From: Craspedostauros australis
Taxonomy: Eukaryota
DNA: 60,893 bases
Assembly (NCBI GenBank): GCA_030167865.1
Contig: JALAGF010000495.1
Location: 1-60,893 of the forward strand
Direction of reading: 5' to 3'
Part shown: positions 12,501 to 23,973 of the stretch, piece by piece
Layout of the letters: each line of letters opens with the position of its first letter
Position numbering within the stretch: position 1 is the first letter of the stretch
Translations under genes and position numbers: made by a program
Notes under the pieces: generated by a model
Databases searched by the model: none
What the model was told of the DNA's origin: nothing
What the model saw: the letters and a program-made list of their open reading frames with translations, nothing else

Positions 12501-13482
12501 CACATCGACCATGCGACGCATCAAGACGAGACGCTGCGTCGCCAAATCGTTCTCAACTCCCGCTCATCGAGACGCTTGACACGATGCCGCACCCGTAGGC
12601 GGTGGCACAGGTATTGTGTGAGCGATTGGTCATTTGTTGGCGGGAGCAACACGATACAAACCTCCCTGGATTGCGAACAGAATGGCGTAGTTGCTCCAAA
12701 AAGTGAAAGTGAACACTCAGACGCTCAACCAACACCGCCGAAAATAGCAATGGGGTTCGTGATCCAGTTATTTAATATCATGATTGACACTTTTAACAAG
12801 GCCCTTGGAAAGACGCCAGCGAATACTGGCGGTCACAATTTCCGAGGCGTCAAGACTCATTTCCGTCTAATTGTTGTGCCGCCAGCATAAAAGAAGAAAC
12901 GCTCCGCCTCCCACTGCAACCAACGCGTCCTCACGCACCACAACAACCCTCCGAGCTGCTGTTCCAACTCATGGAGAAGAAGTTTCTGCTACTGTGTTTA
13001 TTTCTCCTCTCTTGCGCCACTCCTGTCGGTGTTGTTTTGATCGTCGGCGCAGCAGTTGTGACAGTCGATCTCTCTGCCCTGTTCCTGTTCTGCTGCATCC
13101 TTGGTGCCGCAATTGGATGCGCGAGTGTCGGTGTTGGGATGTTGAACCATGCGAACTGCCGAGTTGCGGGATGCGAATCTCGCGTGTCTGCTGCGAGGTG
13201 GATGCTCTTGCATCGTCATCCTTGTGATCAGACGATACGGATGCCCCGTGCATCTGACGACACATGTTGTTCGGTGAACAGTGCAAAGGGGGGCGCGGTG
13301 GCCCGGATGCTTCTCCGAGCTGCGTGGGGTGAGAAACACACTCGTGGGTCGGAGCCACACTTCTTTCGGAGACAATCGCCATCTCATCTCGTCTCATAAA
13401 AACAGAAACTCACCAGAAGCAAAACCAGCAATCAAACCAAACCTCACAATCACCCAAACTCGAACTTACCGACCAAACCAAC

Positions 13483-15465
13483 ATGAAGTATGCGGCACAC
13501 TCCTTGCTTGGGCTCGTCGCCCTTGGCCAACTCTCACACAGCACGATGGCGAAACTGTCAGCACCGTCAGAATCGCTTGCATCTGCATCGTCATCGCCAT
13601 CGTCATCGTCGCTGACACGTGCTCTGAAATCACTCGAAAACATCTTCGACCAGAGCCCAACATCAACTTCGTTCATGTCTGCCTTTCTGGTCACCACCAA
13701 GAGCACGCAGATGAAAGTAACCGCCGGGACTCTGTCGAAGTTGGAGACCGACATCATGGAGGCCTACAACTCCATGGCATCTCTCAACGCCTTCGAGATC
13801 ACATCCGTCAGAATCGCCCCAAAGCAAGGCGCATCATCGATGGCAGAGGATACCCATTCGCCCATCTTCGAATACTCGTACGTCATCGAGCTGAAAGGCG
13901 AGTACAGCTCTTCATGGTGCACACACCTCCATGCCGCAGGCAGCAGAGGCGACGGCGACATGCTCAGCGCCCCAGGCCTCTTCCGAAAGGAAGACGGTCT
14001 TGACGATCTCACCTTCTACATGCGACACTTCGTGTCCGGCGGCATGTGCCATACATCGACCTTCACAAGCGCCGAGTTCATCACTTCTCTGATGGAAGAC
14101 TACGGGTCGAAGCTTCCGCTGGAGGAGATCACCCAGGTCACTTACAGTCAGCAATGCACCGCCCAGCCATCAACGGTGGCTGCCACCCCCGCGGCCACAT
14201 TCGGTGCCGTCGCCGCTGCCAGCGCAGCGACCGGACCAAGCCCTGCAGAAGACCGCGAAGTCAGGGGCAGGATGCGCGTCGAGCTCGTGGGAGCGGATGA
14301 CGATATCGTACAGACCAAGACGTTCCAAGAGAAGGTCAGGCATGCCCTCATGGCGGCATACAACGAAAAGAACGAGCTGAACCCCCACCTCTGTGACCCC
14401 AAGCAGCGACAACTTCTCACCATCGACTTGGACAGTGGCAGCGGCGGCAACAGTGAAAACAACAGCAAGAACAGCGCAAGCAAGAGTAAGAGCAACAGCG
14501 ATGGCAACGGCAGCCGACGTCTCGACGGGGACCCCACTCCATCGCTTGCACCAACACGCGCTCCGACTATTGCCCCAATTCCTTCGCCATCCTTTGCTCC
14601 TATCACTTTTGCCGACTCCGATGACGTTGAGTTCTGCAGTAACAATTACTGCCACTGGTCGTATTCCTGGATTGGCCATTGCATTACCTGCGGCACTTAC
14701 TTCTACTTCGGCAATGATGTACGAAGACTGTCGGAACAAGGTGCCGATGCTGTGCGCTTCAATGCTCTCTTCGAGACGTTTCTCTCGGAGACGGACGGGG
14801 CGACTGCATCGGATGGAGCCGAGGACATACCAGAAGACACCTGCTTCTGCCCTGTGAACGACTCTGACGCTGACGCTACCGGCAGCCGATCGGCAGCCGA
14901 TCCCTCTGTCACCATGGGCGCTCCAGGCAAGGAGGAGGTCCTTGAGCTCGTGAACGAGATGCTGGGCGAGGATGCATCCATCGTGCTCATTGCAGAGCAG
15001 GTTGATGTGCCATGCTCAGATGAGCCTGTCACCGAGTTCAAAGCCAGCCTCAGCATCGACTTCGTTGCAGACGACGCCAGCGCCTTGGAGGAATGCTTCG
15101 GGTCCGTCTACAACACCCTCCAAGAATCAACTACCTGCGATCGCGAATTCCACCTCGTGAGATCCGCAACCGTCGTGACCGATGGAGCCGCCTCTGGTGC
15201 AGGCGTGACGACGCTTCTCGTCGACGCGCAGTGCCAAGGCTGCGACCCAGAAGGCGACCTCATTATGCCACTTGCATCCCACCCGCAACGCAAACTCGTG
15301 GCGCGCAGCATCGAAAGGCGCCGCAAGTGGACTTCCCAGGCACAACGCAAGATGATGGAAGAGCAATGCGTCTGCGACATCGAGATGCTCGCGAGCAATC
15401 ACGTTCCAACGATGGAGAACTTCCTCGCTGGCCTTGAGAGCTGCGTCGCAAGCAAGCGGCGTTAA
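13483..15465 (+). CDS. Secreted Cys-rich modular protein with RxL motifs, paralog A (660 aa)
   Basis: Long single-exon ORF with an N-terminal signal peptide (MKYAAHSLLGLVALGQLSHSTMA). It has repeated YN...CD...CxxC...RxL...CxC modules and is clearly similar to the genes at 17511 and 25431. Confidence 0.85.
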   Translation: MKYAAHSLLGLVALGQLSHSTMAKLSAPSESLASASSSPSSSSLTRALKSLENIFDQSPTSTSFMSAFLVTTKSTQMKVTAGTLSKLETDIMEAYNSMASLNAFEITSVRIAPKQGASSMAEDTHSPIFEYSYVIELKGEYSSSWCTHLHAAGSRGDGDMLSAPGLFRKEDGLDDLTFYMRHFVSGGMCHTSTFTSAEFITSLMEDYGSKLPLEEITQVTYSQQCTAQPSTVAATPAATFGAVAAASAATGPSPAEDREVRGRMRVELVGADDDIVQTKTFQEKVRHALMAAYNEKNELNPHLCDPKQRQLLTIDLDSGSGGNSENNSKNSASKSKSNSDGNGSRRLDGDPTPSLAPTRAPTIAPIPSPSFAPITFADSDDVEFCSNNYCHWSYSWIGHCITCGTYFYFGNDVRRLSEQGADAVRFNALFETFLSETDGATASDGAEDIPEDTCFCPVNDSDADATGSRSAADPSVTMGAPGKEEVLELVNEMLGEDASIVLIAEQVDVPCSDEPVTEFKASLSIDFVADDASALEECFGSVYNTLQESTTCDREFHLVRSATVVTDGAASGAGVTTLLVDAQCQGCDPEGDLIMPLASHPQRKLVARSIERRRKWTSQAQRKMMEEQCVCDIEMLASNHVPTMENFLAGLESCVASKRR

Positions 15466-17510
15466 TTCGAGCGCGGAACAACGAGACCGTGGCTCTGCTC
15501 CCGACGAACGGAAGGACGAACCAATCAACCAATGTACTCTACTATATGAACCAAACGAATGAATGAACGAGAGCGCCTGTATCAATACCATCAAGTACAT
15601 GTCTATGCATACATCACCGTACGACTACACAACAACGACAGGGGAATACATCTACGAGGATAAACGACGATTAGATAGAAACAGATACCTACCATACGGC
15701 GACACGCCCCATACACGCCATACTTCACCTTTGTCGCCTCTTCGCTTCTCTTCTCTTGGGCGCTTCAATTGCATGTTGTGGTCGCGTGTGATTTGTTTGT
15801 GAGCGAGTTTTTGTGTTCATTTGTCCAAAATGTGAAGCGCACGAAATACGGTTATTTGGCGTTATTAAACGTTATTGACGAAAAGCAAGATTTCGCACAT
15901 CAGGACAACACAGGCAGACGCGCCAAACCACCTTGCATCCTGCTTGGTGATGACGTCTACAGAACAGATTGCCCCTCCCCCCGTGGCAACCACGGGTCGC
16001 AGAACGGGCACATACCTGCGACCTTCGGATACTGTCGTTCGTAAGACCAGGTGGCGGGAGTTGGAGGTGCAAAGAGAGGGCGGTGAGAACACTGCTGGCA
16101 GCGGGGAGAGAATGTTGCGGGAACTCCGAACATCGCATTCTGAACATCGTGTGTTCGACGAGCTACCCCACGAGTTGCAATGCATCGATGCGAGGGCATC
16201 AATCGAAACAGGGCTGTACCAATCGGAGCGGCCGCACTCTGTCTGCGGTGGCAAGGTCGCCCGAATCCCACGTGGAGATGCGATGTTCGCGTCCAGGAAA
16301 TGCGCCATACCGCAACACAAACAAGAAGCTTGCTCCCTCTTGTCGCTCCAAACAACATCCCACGCCCATCCGAACGAAACGCATCAGTGCACGAGTAGAT
16401 TCGCTGTGAGGAATGATTCCCTCGGACAGGCTTCTACGGACTTGGGAGGTTCGTGATGGTTGGTGAGACGAGTGATACCTTGAGGCTTCTTTCGGAATCC
16501 CTGCACTGACACTTCCCAGTCTTGGAGGGTGTCTTGTGATGGGACCAACCAGAACGTATCCTGGCCACGTGTCGGATGAGCCCATCGTTTCAAGTGCCGC
16601 AGACATCATCCAGGCGGTGCTTTGCAGCTGTCCGTGATGCCGGTCGGTCTTCACGCCCCCTTGGTTATCTTCTGAGACAGCCGGGGGGACTTATGGGGCA
16701 CTTGCTTTGGCACGAGCACACCTGCCCGCTGCAGGCGGTGCAATGAGCGACATCGTCTTCGTGATGATCATGAAGATGATCGTGAGGGAGTGACGCGCAT
16801 GCCCTCAGCCTTCCTATGTTTGTCTCGGCTATCGATGGGTCGCTGCAAACGCGACGGAGAATGGGGTAGATGGATCACACGAAAGGTCTCGAGATCGACC
16901 TGGGTTTGAGCTGCCTCCTCTGCGTCGGTCATGAACGTTGCGGTATCATCACTGGAATGCATCGCAATCTCGTAGCTGGGCGGCCCTCGCGGCACCCTCA
17001 TCTTTGTTTTCACAAAATTGCAGTCGAGACATTTGAACAAATCAAACACACAAACTTGTAGGTAAGGTGAATCAAACTCTCGATTGGCGTTGTGCTCCTT
17101 CTCATCTTCGCATGCGTCGGGACAAGATGACAATGGCGGCAGCGACGGCGATGGCAACGGCGATGATGATACTGGTCCGGGCAGATGTTTTGATCGCGGC
17201 GCACGCAATGCGGTCATCCCGGTTGACATCAATTATGCCCTGCCATGCTTGTGCTATTGATTCATTTGTGGCTCTCGAGTGGAATTGGAATCATACTGTC
17301 ATCATTGATGTATTTTACTGATGCAACCATCGTCGTGCATCACTCTCACACCATCCAATGTTGTACTGGACGCTCTTATGTTGCATGTTTCACTTATATA
17401 TGTACCATGTTTGCCCATACCTAATATTCTTCATCGGAACAGCAGCAAGGCCACCAGCAACAGCAACGCCATCAACCACAACGCCAACGTCAACCGTAAC
17501 GACTCGCAAC

Positions 17511-19650
17511 ATGCGCTCTCTACTCGTATTCTGGTTCTCCGTTTGCGCATGCTTCGCCGACCTCAACGGTATTGCAGCGTCGCAAAGCACCACCCCAACC
17601 GAAGACTCATGGCTTTCTGCCATTCTCATCGCTGTGCAAGCCGTCCCAAGCTCCGTCACGGAAGAAGCATTGCAAGACCTCGCCAGCGCATTCGTCGACA
17701 CCTACAACGGGATGGCATCCGCAGCTTGTGGCGACGCAACTTCCTCACATGATGCTCGCATCGAGATCACTCATGGCGCCATCTTGGACAGCGCTGATTT
17801 GGATGGTGTGGCCGCCATGATCGGCCCGGATGACCCGGCCGCCCTCCACGTCCAGGACTTCTCGTACGTGCTGGTCCTTTCCATGTCGGCTGTGTCGACT
17901 CCCACATCCGCAGGTGATGGCGAATGCACCATGCCCAACAACCTCTCCTCGGCCACTCCGATGCTCTTCACTCAGACACCAGCCCAGCCAAATGACCACA
18001 ATCAACGACGTCGCTTGGGTGAGGCTAGATCCTGCGTGGTCTGCGAAGGTGTGACCAAGTCGTCCTTTCTGGCATCGGTGCAAAGCGCGGCGCCGACGTC
18101 GATCCCTGTGAGTGGTGTGACCCAGGTGACGTACCACGAAGGATGCGTGGCATCCGGTTCTTCTGCCGAGACGGTCGAGGGAGACGAAGATATGACAGAA
18201 GTTCAGTTCAGGACACTGGTGTCCTTCCGCTTGCCTCCATCCACCGGCGCATCTGGAGGATCTCTCAATCTGGATGATCCGGTGCTCCGCGCACAAATCG
18301 AACGACACATGGTTGCATCGTACAACGAGGTCAACGAATTGAACTCCGGCATCTGCGACCGTCAGCGACATCATATCGAAGACATGAAGCTCGCGCCGCC
18401 AGACTCTGCAGGACACAGCAGGAAACTGCAAACAACACCGACTGGCTGTGAGTGAGAGCGATGACTGGTTGGACGAAGCATTGTAACAGCAAGCTGCGAT
18501 GTTGCATGATTTGGCGTTGTGCTGCACACGGTTACATACATACATGTTGTGATGTGACGTTATGTGATGTGAAAGCGCTACGCAACGTTATATAGAACTC
18601 TATGCGACCATGCACTCGCAGGATGACCATGCGCACCAGCAGTGAGTCTCAGCACAAGCGCCACAGTGCTTCCAAATACTCATATCGTCCTCACGCCACC
18701 ACCGCTCTCTCTCTCTCTCTCTGTTTCTCTCTTGGCACTAATTCTACCAACGCCATGGCATCTATCTGCTCTCCTACATTCCCATACGCGCCGCAGACAG
18801 TGATTATCTCAGTGAGATATTTGCCATTGGCGTTGGATCATGTTTAAGCTGCAGTAATCCCTTCCACTTCACCAATGATATCACTTTTCAACGGCGCAAG
18901 CTCGACAACAACGATATCCCTGGCGAGAACGAAGCCCCGTCATGCTTCTGCCCCATGGAGACAGACACCAACGAAGATGGGACCGTCTTCTTGCCGCAAG
19001 ACCTTCCAACATCAAATGAAATCATTGAGGCGTTCAACAAGCTCCAGGAAGACTCCGGTCTCACCATCGCATCCTTGATTGCGCAGGTGCAAGTCCCATG
19101 CCCTGACGAGGCCACGCAACTTCCAGCACAGTTCACGCAGCTGATTCATCTCGACATTGTCGACTTGAACCTGTCTGATGGCTTGCAGGCATCGGTTGAC
19201 AACGATCCAACCATCCTGTCGCAAGCTCTCGGCACCTGTATCCCACATACGTACAAACATCTCCAGTCTTCCAAGGTGTGCGATTCCATGGCCCATCAAA
19301 TCATTGATGCAAGTGCCATCGATGTCCACGCCAGTGATGACATCGACGGAGCGTACTCGGTGTCATTCGAAGCCGGTGGCAGCTGCTCTGGCTGCGACCC
19401 ATCCAATCCGTCCCTCTTCTCCGACAACGACGGCGGCAGTCGCCACTTGTCGCAGATTGGCGCAGCAGCAAGGACTTCCATCAGGCCCGGCAAGCAGCGC
19501 GCCTTGTCGGGCGGTGACACGGCGGATGAGGAAAGCGAGCTGTGCTTCTGCAACCCCGATGTGGTGGATGAAGACCACACGCCAGCGATGGAGGATTTTG
19601 TCTCCGCGTTGTCAGAGTGCGTCGTCCACGCCTTGGAGTTGGGTGAGTAG
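17511..19650 (+). CDS. Secreted Cys-rich modular protein with RxL motifs, paralog B (2 exons, ~596 aa)
   Basis: Exon 1 is 17511-18447 (MRSLLVFWFSVCACFA signal; donor GTGAGT at 18448). Exon 2 is 18797-19650 (acceptor CCGCAG), continuing in frame as YSDYLSEIFAIGVGSCLSCSNPFHFTNDITFQRRKL...CFCPME. Collinear with paralog A. Confidence 0.85.
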
Positions 19651-20197
19651 ATCGATTGTTGGCACGAAGATCTGAGCATGCGGCAGCTCAAGGGGATTTG
19701 CGACGCAATGCTGTTGCTTGGCAGGTTGCCAAAGGGGGTTGCTTCGGGATCGAACTATTCTATAATATTATATTTAGCTTTTCAATGGTACTTGTACCAT
19801 ATGGATCTGTATTATACAATCTTTCTATTACATTATATGATGTAAACGCTTGTGCGCATGATGCGTCATACAGCAGTACTCCAGAGACTTGAGTGGGGCA
19901 GAGTAGGTATCATCGGAGGAAGCTCGCAACCAATTCCTGTTCGAAATGTCGACTAGATCGACTCAACCCACTTGCATGAGATTGTTCGTGCCACCCACAA
20001 ACAGCGAATTCCACCACAAATCGACCATGGTGGCCCCAAACACAACAACCGTGACAAGACAGGATGAATCGCCGTTCCTCGTGGAGAGCCCATTCTCTTG
20101 AGCTCTGTTCCATCTCCGATTGCGTTTGACAAGCATCACGAGCATAGCCTCATAGTTATACTAGTGTGGCAACAGTGACAACGTCAACAAAGGCGAC

Positions 20198-20244
20198 GAC
20201 AGTGACAGTGACAGTGACAGTGACAGTGACAGTGACAGTGACAG
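20198..20244 (+). repeat. (GACAGT)7 hexanucleotide microsatellite just upstream of the LPAAT start codon
   Basis: Directly visible: seven perfect GACAGT units plus a partial unit, ending 10 nt before the ATG at 20255. Confidence 0.95.
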
Positions 20245-20254
20245 CGACGAAAGC

Positions 20255-21268
20255 ATGTCCATGTTAGCAGTGATCGTGTGGATCGCGCTGCTGCCCGTGA
20301 AGGCGATGATCGTGATGCTCGCTCTGTGTTGGCTGGCATCCATCCCAGCAGTGTTCCAGGAGCAGAAGATCTGGAAGTCGCGCGGCGTCCCCTCGCTCTC
20401 GATCATCGGCCTCCTCAAGGTCTACGCGCTCAACGTCACCTGGATGTCGCTGTGCTTTCTGGGTTCGGTGGCCACCGTCATCTACTGCGCTGGCCTCATG
20501 CTCATCGGAACGCCCAAGCAGGACCTGTCGGACAAGTGCCGCATCATGGCCAACTACTGGGTGGAGCGCAACGTGGCGCGCCTCGTCACGTGGCTCATCG
20601 TGGGTCCTGTCGTCTTCAAGGGGTTGGAGCACAAGCCCAAGCCTTCGGACGATCCCATGGTGCCCGCGCCCGTCTACATCGCCAACCACGCCTCGCAACT
20701 CGATGTGGCCATCGTCTACTGTCTCAACATGACCTGGCGGTGGATCGCCAAGTCCAGCATCATGTTCCTGCCGGGCGTTGGCCAGATCATCTACCTGTCC
20801 GACCACGTTCTCATCGATCGCTTCACGAAGAAGTCAAAAGCGTCACCGGCATCTCCTTCCTCCGCCGCGGATTCAACGACGGCCACCAAGACGGATCCTT
20901 CGAACAAGCCGCCACCGGTGAAGACCAGCGCGAGGAATCTCTACATCCAATCCAACAAATCCATCCAAACGGGCGTGCCCATGTTCTTCTTCCCGCAGGG
21001 CACGAGACGGATGGTGGAACGATTGCCCTTCAAGGACGGCGCCTTCAAGATCGCCATCATGAACGAGGCCCCCATCTACCCCATCACGCTGGATATCCCG
21101 CCCAACGCATGGAATACCCTCTACCCCTTTGTCCGCGACATCGATCCCGTCGTCATCACCATGCATCCGCCCATTCCTGTTCAGAAGACGGCTGACCTTG
21201 ACAAGCTCAAGACGCAGTGCTTCGATACCATCTACAGCATATTACCGGATTACAGCAAGGAGAGTTAA
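20255..21268 (+). CDS. 1-acyl-sn-glycerol-3-phosphate acyltransferase (LPAAT/PlsC family), 337 aa
   Basis: Motif I NHASQLD (NHxxxxD), WIAKSS, LIDR, and motifs III/IV FFPQGTRR...LPFKDGAF...PIYPI, with N-terminal hydrophobic helices. Confidence 0.93.
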   Translation: MSMLAVIVWIALLPVKAMIVMLALCWLASIPAVFQEQKIWKSRGVPSLSIIGLLKVYALNVTWMSLCFLGSVATVIYCAGLMLIGTPKQDLSDKCRIMANYWVERNVARLVTWLIVGPVVFKGLEHKPKPSDDPMVPAPVYIANHASQLDVAIVYCLNMTWRWIAKSSIMFLPGVGQIIYLSDHVLIDRFTKKSKASPASPSSAADSTTATKTDPSNKPPPVKTSARNLYIQSNKSIQTGVPMFFFPQGTRRMVERLPFKDGAFKIAIMNEAPIYPITLDIPPNAWNTLYPFVRDIDPVVITMHPPIPVQKTADLDKLKTQCFDTIYSILPDYSKES

Positions 21269-21426
21269 TATCGCAACGTTTTCTGCATCGCCAACATTAC
21301 CGTCGCCAACATACCATGCCTTCTCATAGAGTACGTATCCAACGCCTATCAAATAAATTGCAATCCAATCCTTATTCAGTCGCTGTCTTCCTCTCTCTCT
21401 CTATCTATCTGCAGCTCCACGCTCAG

Positions 21427-22818
21427 CTATAGATCTGTGGCAAGAGTCTCGACCATGTACTCGGCAACATCCAACCCCGACAGCGCCGACGCCTCAAATC
21501 CTGGACTGCGCTGCGAACAGAAGTCACCGGCGTAGTACAGTTTGAGATCATCATCCTTCACGAAGTCAAGATCGGGACTGTCATCGCCATCCTCACGTTG
21601 CAACCGCGGGTACACCACGCTGTGCGGCAGATCCGACGTGTACACGCTGCCGCAGATCTCCTCGATCTTCTGGTCTGCTTTGTACGGCGCCGGCATGCCC
21701 GATCCCCACCGCTGCGCTTGCAGATACAAAGGCTCTTCCACATTTGTGTAGGCCCGCACGGCGTCGCGAAAGGCTTGCAGAAGATCCGGACCCGGCACCG
21801 TGTTGAGGTAGGAGTTCTCCTGCGGCCGAAAGGCGCCCGTCTCGGGATCCCGCATCGTCGTGGCCCGGATCTGTTCGCACGCATACTGTGCCGTCGAGAT
21901 GAGCGTCCAGCAATTCGTCGTAGATCGCGCCGCGAACCACAGCGGGCCCTGCGTGCTCGTGAAGGCATCGTACGGCAGTTCGAGAGTTTGGGGCAGCGCC
22001 ACCATGCACGAGAACAGCGCAACGCGGGGACGCTGCGGGACCTGGCGACGCAGCGCGTCCGGGATGCCGGCGCTGGCGCGGTGCCAGGAGTCGGATGCGG
22101 ATGAGATGTCCGTGAGCAGCACGGCATCGACGGTGGCGAGGATGCTGCTGCCGTCCGTGTCTTTGTTCGCGGTTTGGGCGGTGTCGTGGTAGGCCGGTGT
22201 GCCGGAGATGCCCCAGACGTCCCATTGGCCCGTCTCGTCGTTGCGCTTGACGTTCGTGACGCGGGTGCCGCGCGCGACGTCGACATCGCAGTTGGCAAGG
22301 ATCTGGCGTGGGACCTGGTGCATGCCGCCGACGCCGACGTAGACCGGCTCCTCCTTCCTCGCGGGCAGACCGAAGAAGTCGACGGGTGGCTGCGTTGACT
22401 CCACGGGAGGAGCTGGCAAATTTCCAATTCTGGCTTGCCACGGGGTCACCCAGTTACGATCCTGCCATCGTTGCACCATGCCCTTCATCTGCGCCGTGTC
22501 CGCGCGAAAGAACTGGCATCCATGGTCGAACTCGAACGTCGGCGGTGTGGTTCGAATGGTGTCATCGGGCAGCACCTGCTTCGTTTCGGGGTCCACGGAT
22601 CGGTGCGATGCACGTCCTCCTGGGCCACGGCGTCCCTGATCGAACACCAGGACGGTGGGGAAGTGCTTTGCCAGCGTCTCGGCAGCCACAGCGCCCGTGA
22701 TGCCACCTCCCACCACGGCGACGGAAAGACCCTTCGCAGCGTGTTGCGTCATCGTGGAGAAAATCAGGAACGTGGAGAACAGCGTGGATGCGATATTTCG
22801 AGAAGACGTCCGTCGCAT
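21427..22818 (-). CDS. Renalase-like FAD/NAD(P)-dependent oxidoreductase
   Basis: Rossmann motif VAVVGGGITG, plus VFDQGRRGPGGRAS, FDHGCQFF, YVGVGGM, QRW and YAGDFC...FEASALSG, which are typical of the renalase/COG3380 family. First ATG is at 22818. Confidence 0.85.
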   Translation of the reverse strand: MRRTSSRNIASTLFSTFLIFSTMTQHAAKGLSVAVVGGGITGAVAAETLAKHFPTVLVFDQGRRGPGGRASHRSVDPETKQVLPDDTIRTTPPTFEFDHGCQFFRADTAQMKGMVQRWQDRNWVTPWQARIGNLPAPPVESTQPPVDFFGLPARKEEPVYVGVGGMHQVPRQILANCDVDVARGTRVTNVKRNDETGQWDVWGISGTPAYHDTAQTANKDTDGSSILATVDAVLLTDISSASDSWHRASAGIPDALRRQVPQRPRVALFSCMVALPQTLELPYDAFTSTQGPLWFAARSTTNCWTLISTAQYACEQIRATTMRDPETGAFRPQENSYLNTVPGPDLLQAFRDAVRAYTNVEEPLYLQAQRWGSGMPAPYKADQKIEEICGSVYTSDLPHSVVYPRLQREDGDDSPDLDFVKDDDLKLYYAGDFCSQRSPGFEASALSGLDVAEYMVETLATDL

Positions 22819-23973
22819 TGGGCGGTGCTTCGGTCCGTCCTCGGGATCTTGTGATGCCAAACACTCTGGAGAGGCAAGTATTGGCAGAGAGTAGGGTGGC
22901 TAAAGCAGAGTCTCCTTGTTGTATTATGTTATGTAACATGTGCAGACGGCTATGATGTCCATGAATCATTGCTTGTTGGCTCCGAGCTTGATTCTTCCCA
23001 TCATCTGCGTCACACAAGTCGAAGTACAAGGACGGACGTCATCTTTCGCGCCAAAATGCAGGTACTTGCGAAGCCCCTAATAGATTTGAAGTGCCTCTAC
23101 ATTCAAATGTGCTGCTACGATTGCTGTGGAGTTGAATGAGTGTGCTTTGTCAACGAGGAAGTCGCAGAACGGCCGCATCTATACGGCCGTGGCCACAGCT
23201 GTTCTGTTCTATGATTGCCGGCCAGATGGGAAACAAGGATGGTGGCGACGCCCGTTGCGTTCCTCTCCGTGTCGGTCGTGGTTGCCCCCTTTCTCCCAGG
23301 TTTCTGTGCAGTCTTTGCATGTTGCACAATTCGCCATGGTACGGAAGTTTTGGAAAGGACGAATGACGGAGAGCCTTTCGTTCCTTTGTTGTGTTGTTGT
23401 AATGGAGTAGGTACGTATTAGAGTTACATGTATGGTATGTCATGGAGTGTAGTTGATACATGGTTCTCATCATGAATTTGTGCGTGTGTGTGTATGTGAT
23501 GCGGCCACGAACCGCATTGTCGATTGATGTGTTGCGATTGTGTGTATCTATGGCGTGTATGTATTTGTGTCGCATGGCGCTGTGATTGCTCATGTTCCGT
23601 CGTGTTCTGCGCGCTCGGTACCCTACGAAGAGAGGATGAGCGATACTGGGTGCGATGTGTGTCATTGTTCATTTCATTTTGCGCAGAGAGCGGAGCAACC
23701 GCAGCGTGCATGCGTTCCTCCCCTTTGGGCGGAACTATTCCTCATGACCTGCCCAATGCGGCGCAACGCTGCTGGACGCAGGGCATATCGGCGTTGATCA
23801 ACCGGCCAAGTGGATTGGAACATTCGGCAGGCAGGGCGAAGAGAGTTGCAGCAGCTCATGCATCGCGTTGTGCATCTCGTATCCTCTGGTAAAATAGAAG
23901 AGATCGTCATCCTGTAGCGTCGTGTCGTGTTGCATGCTTCTTGTGTGTTCCAGTGGCGATCCTGGTTGTTTGT

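Noticed and set aside
9780-12600. Many 60-220 aa ORFs on both strands
   Set aside because: No recognisable domain, codon bias or consistent splice structure; treated as intergenic, though a degenerate gene cannot be excluded.
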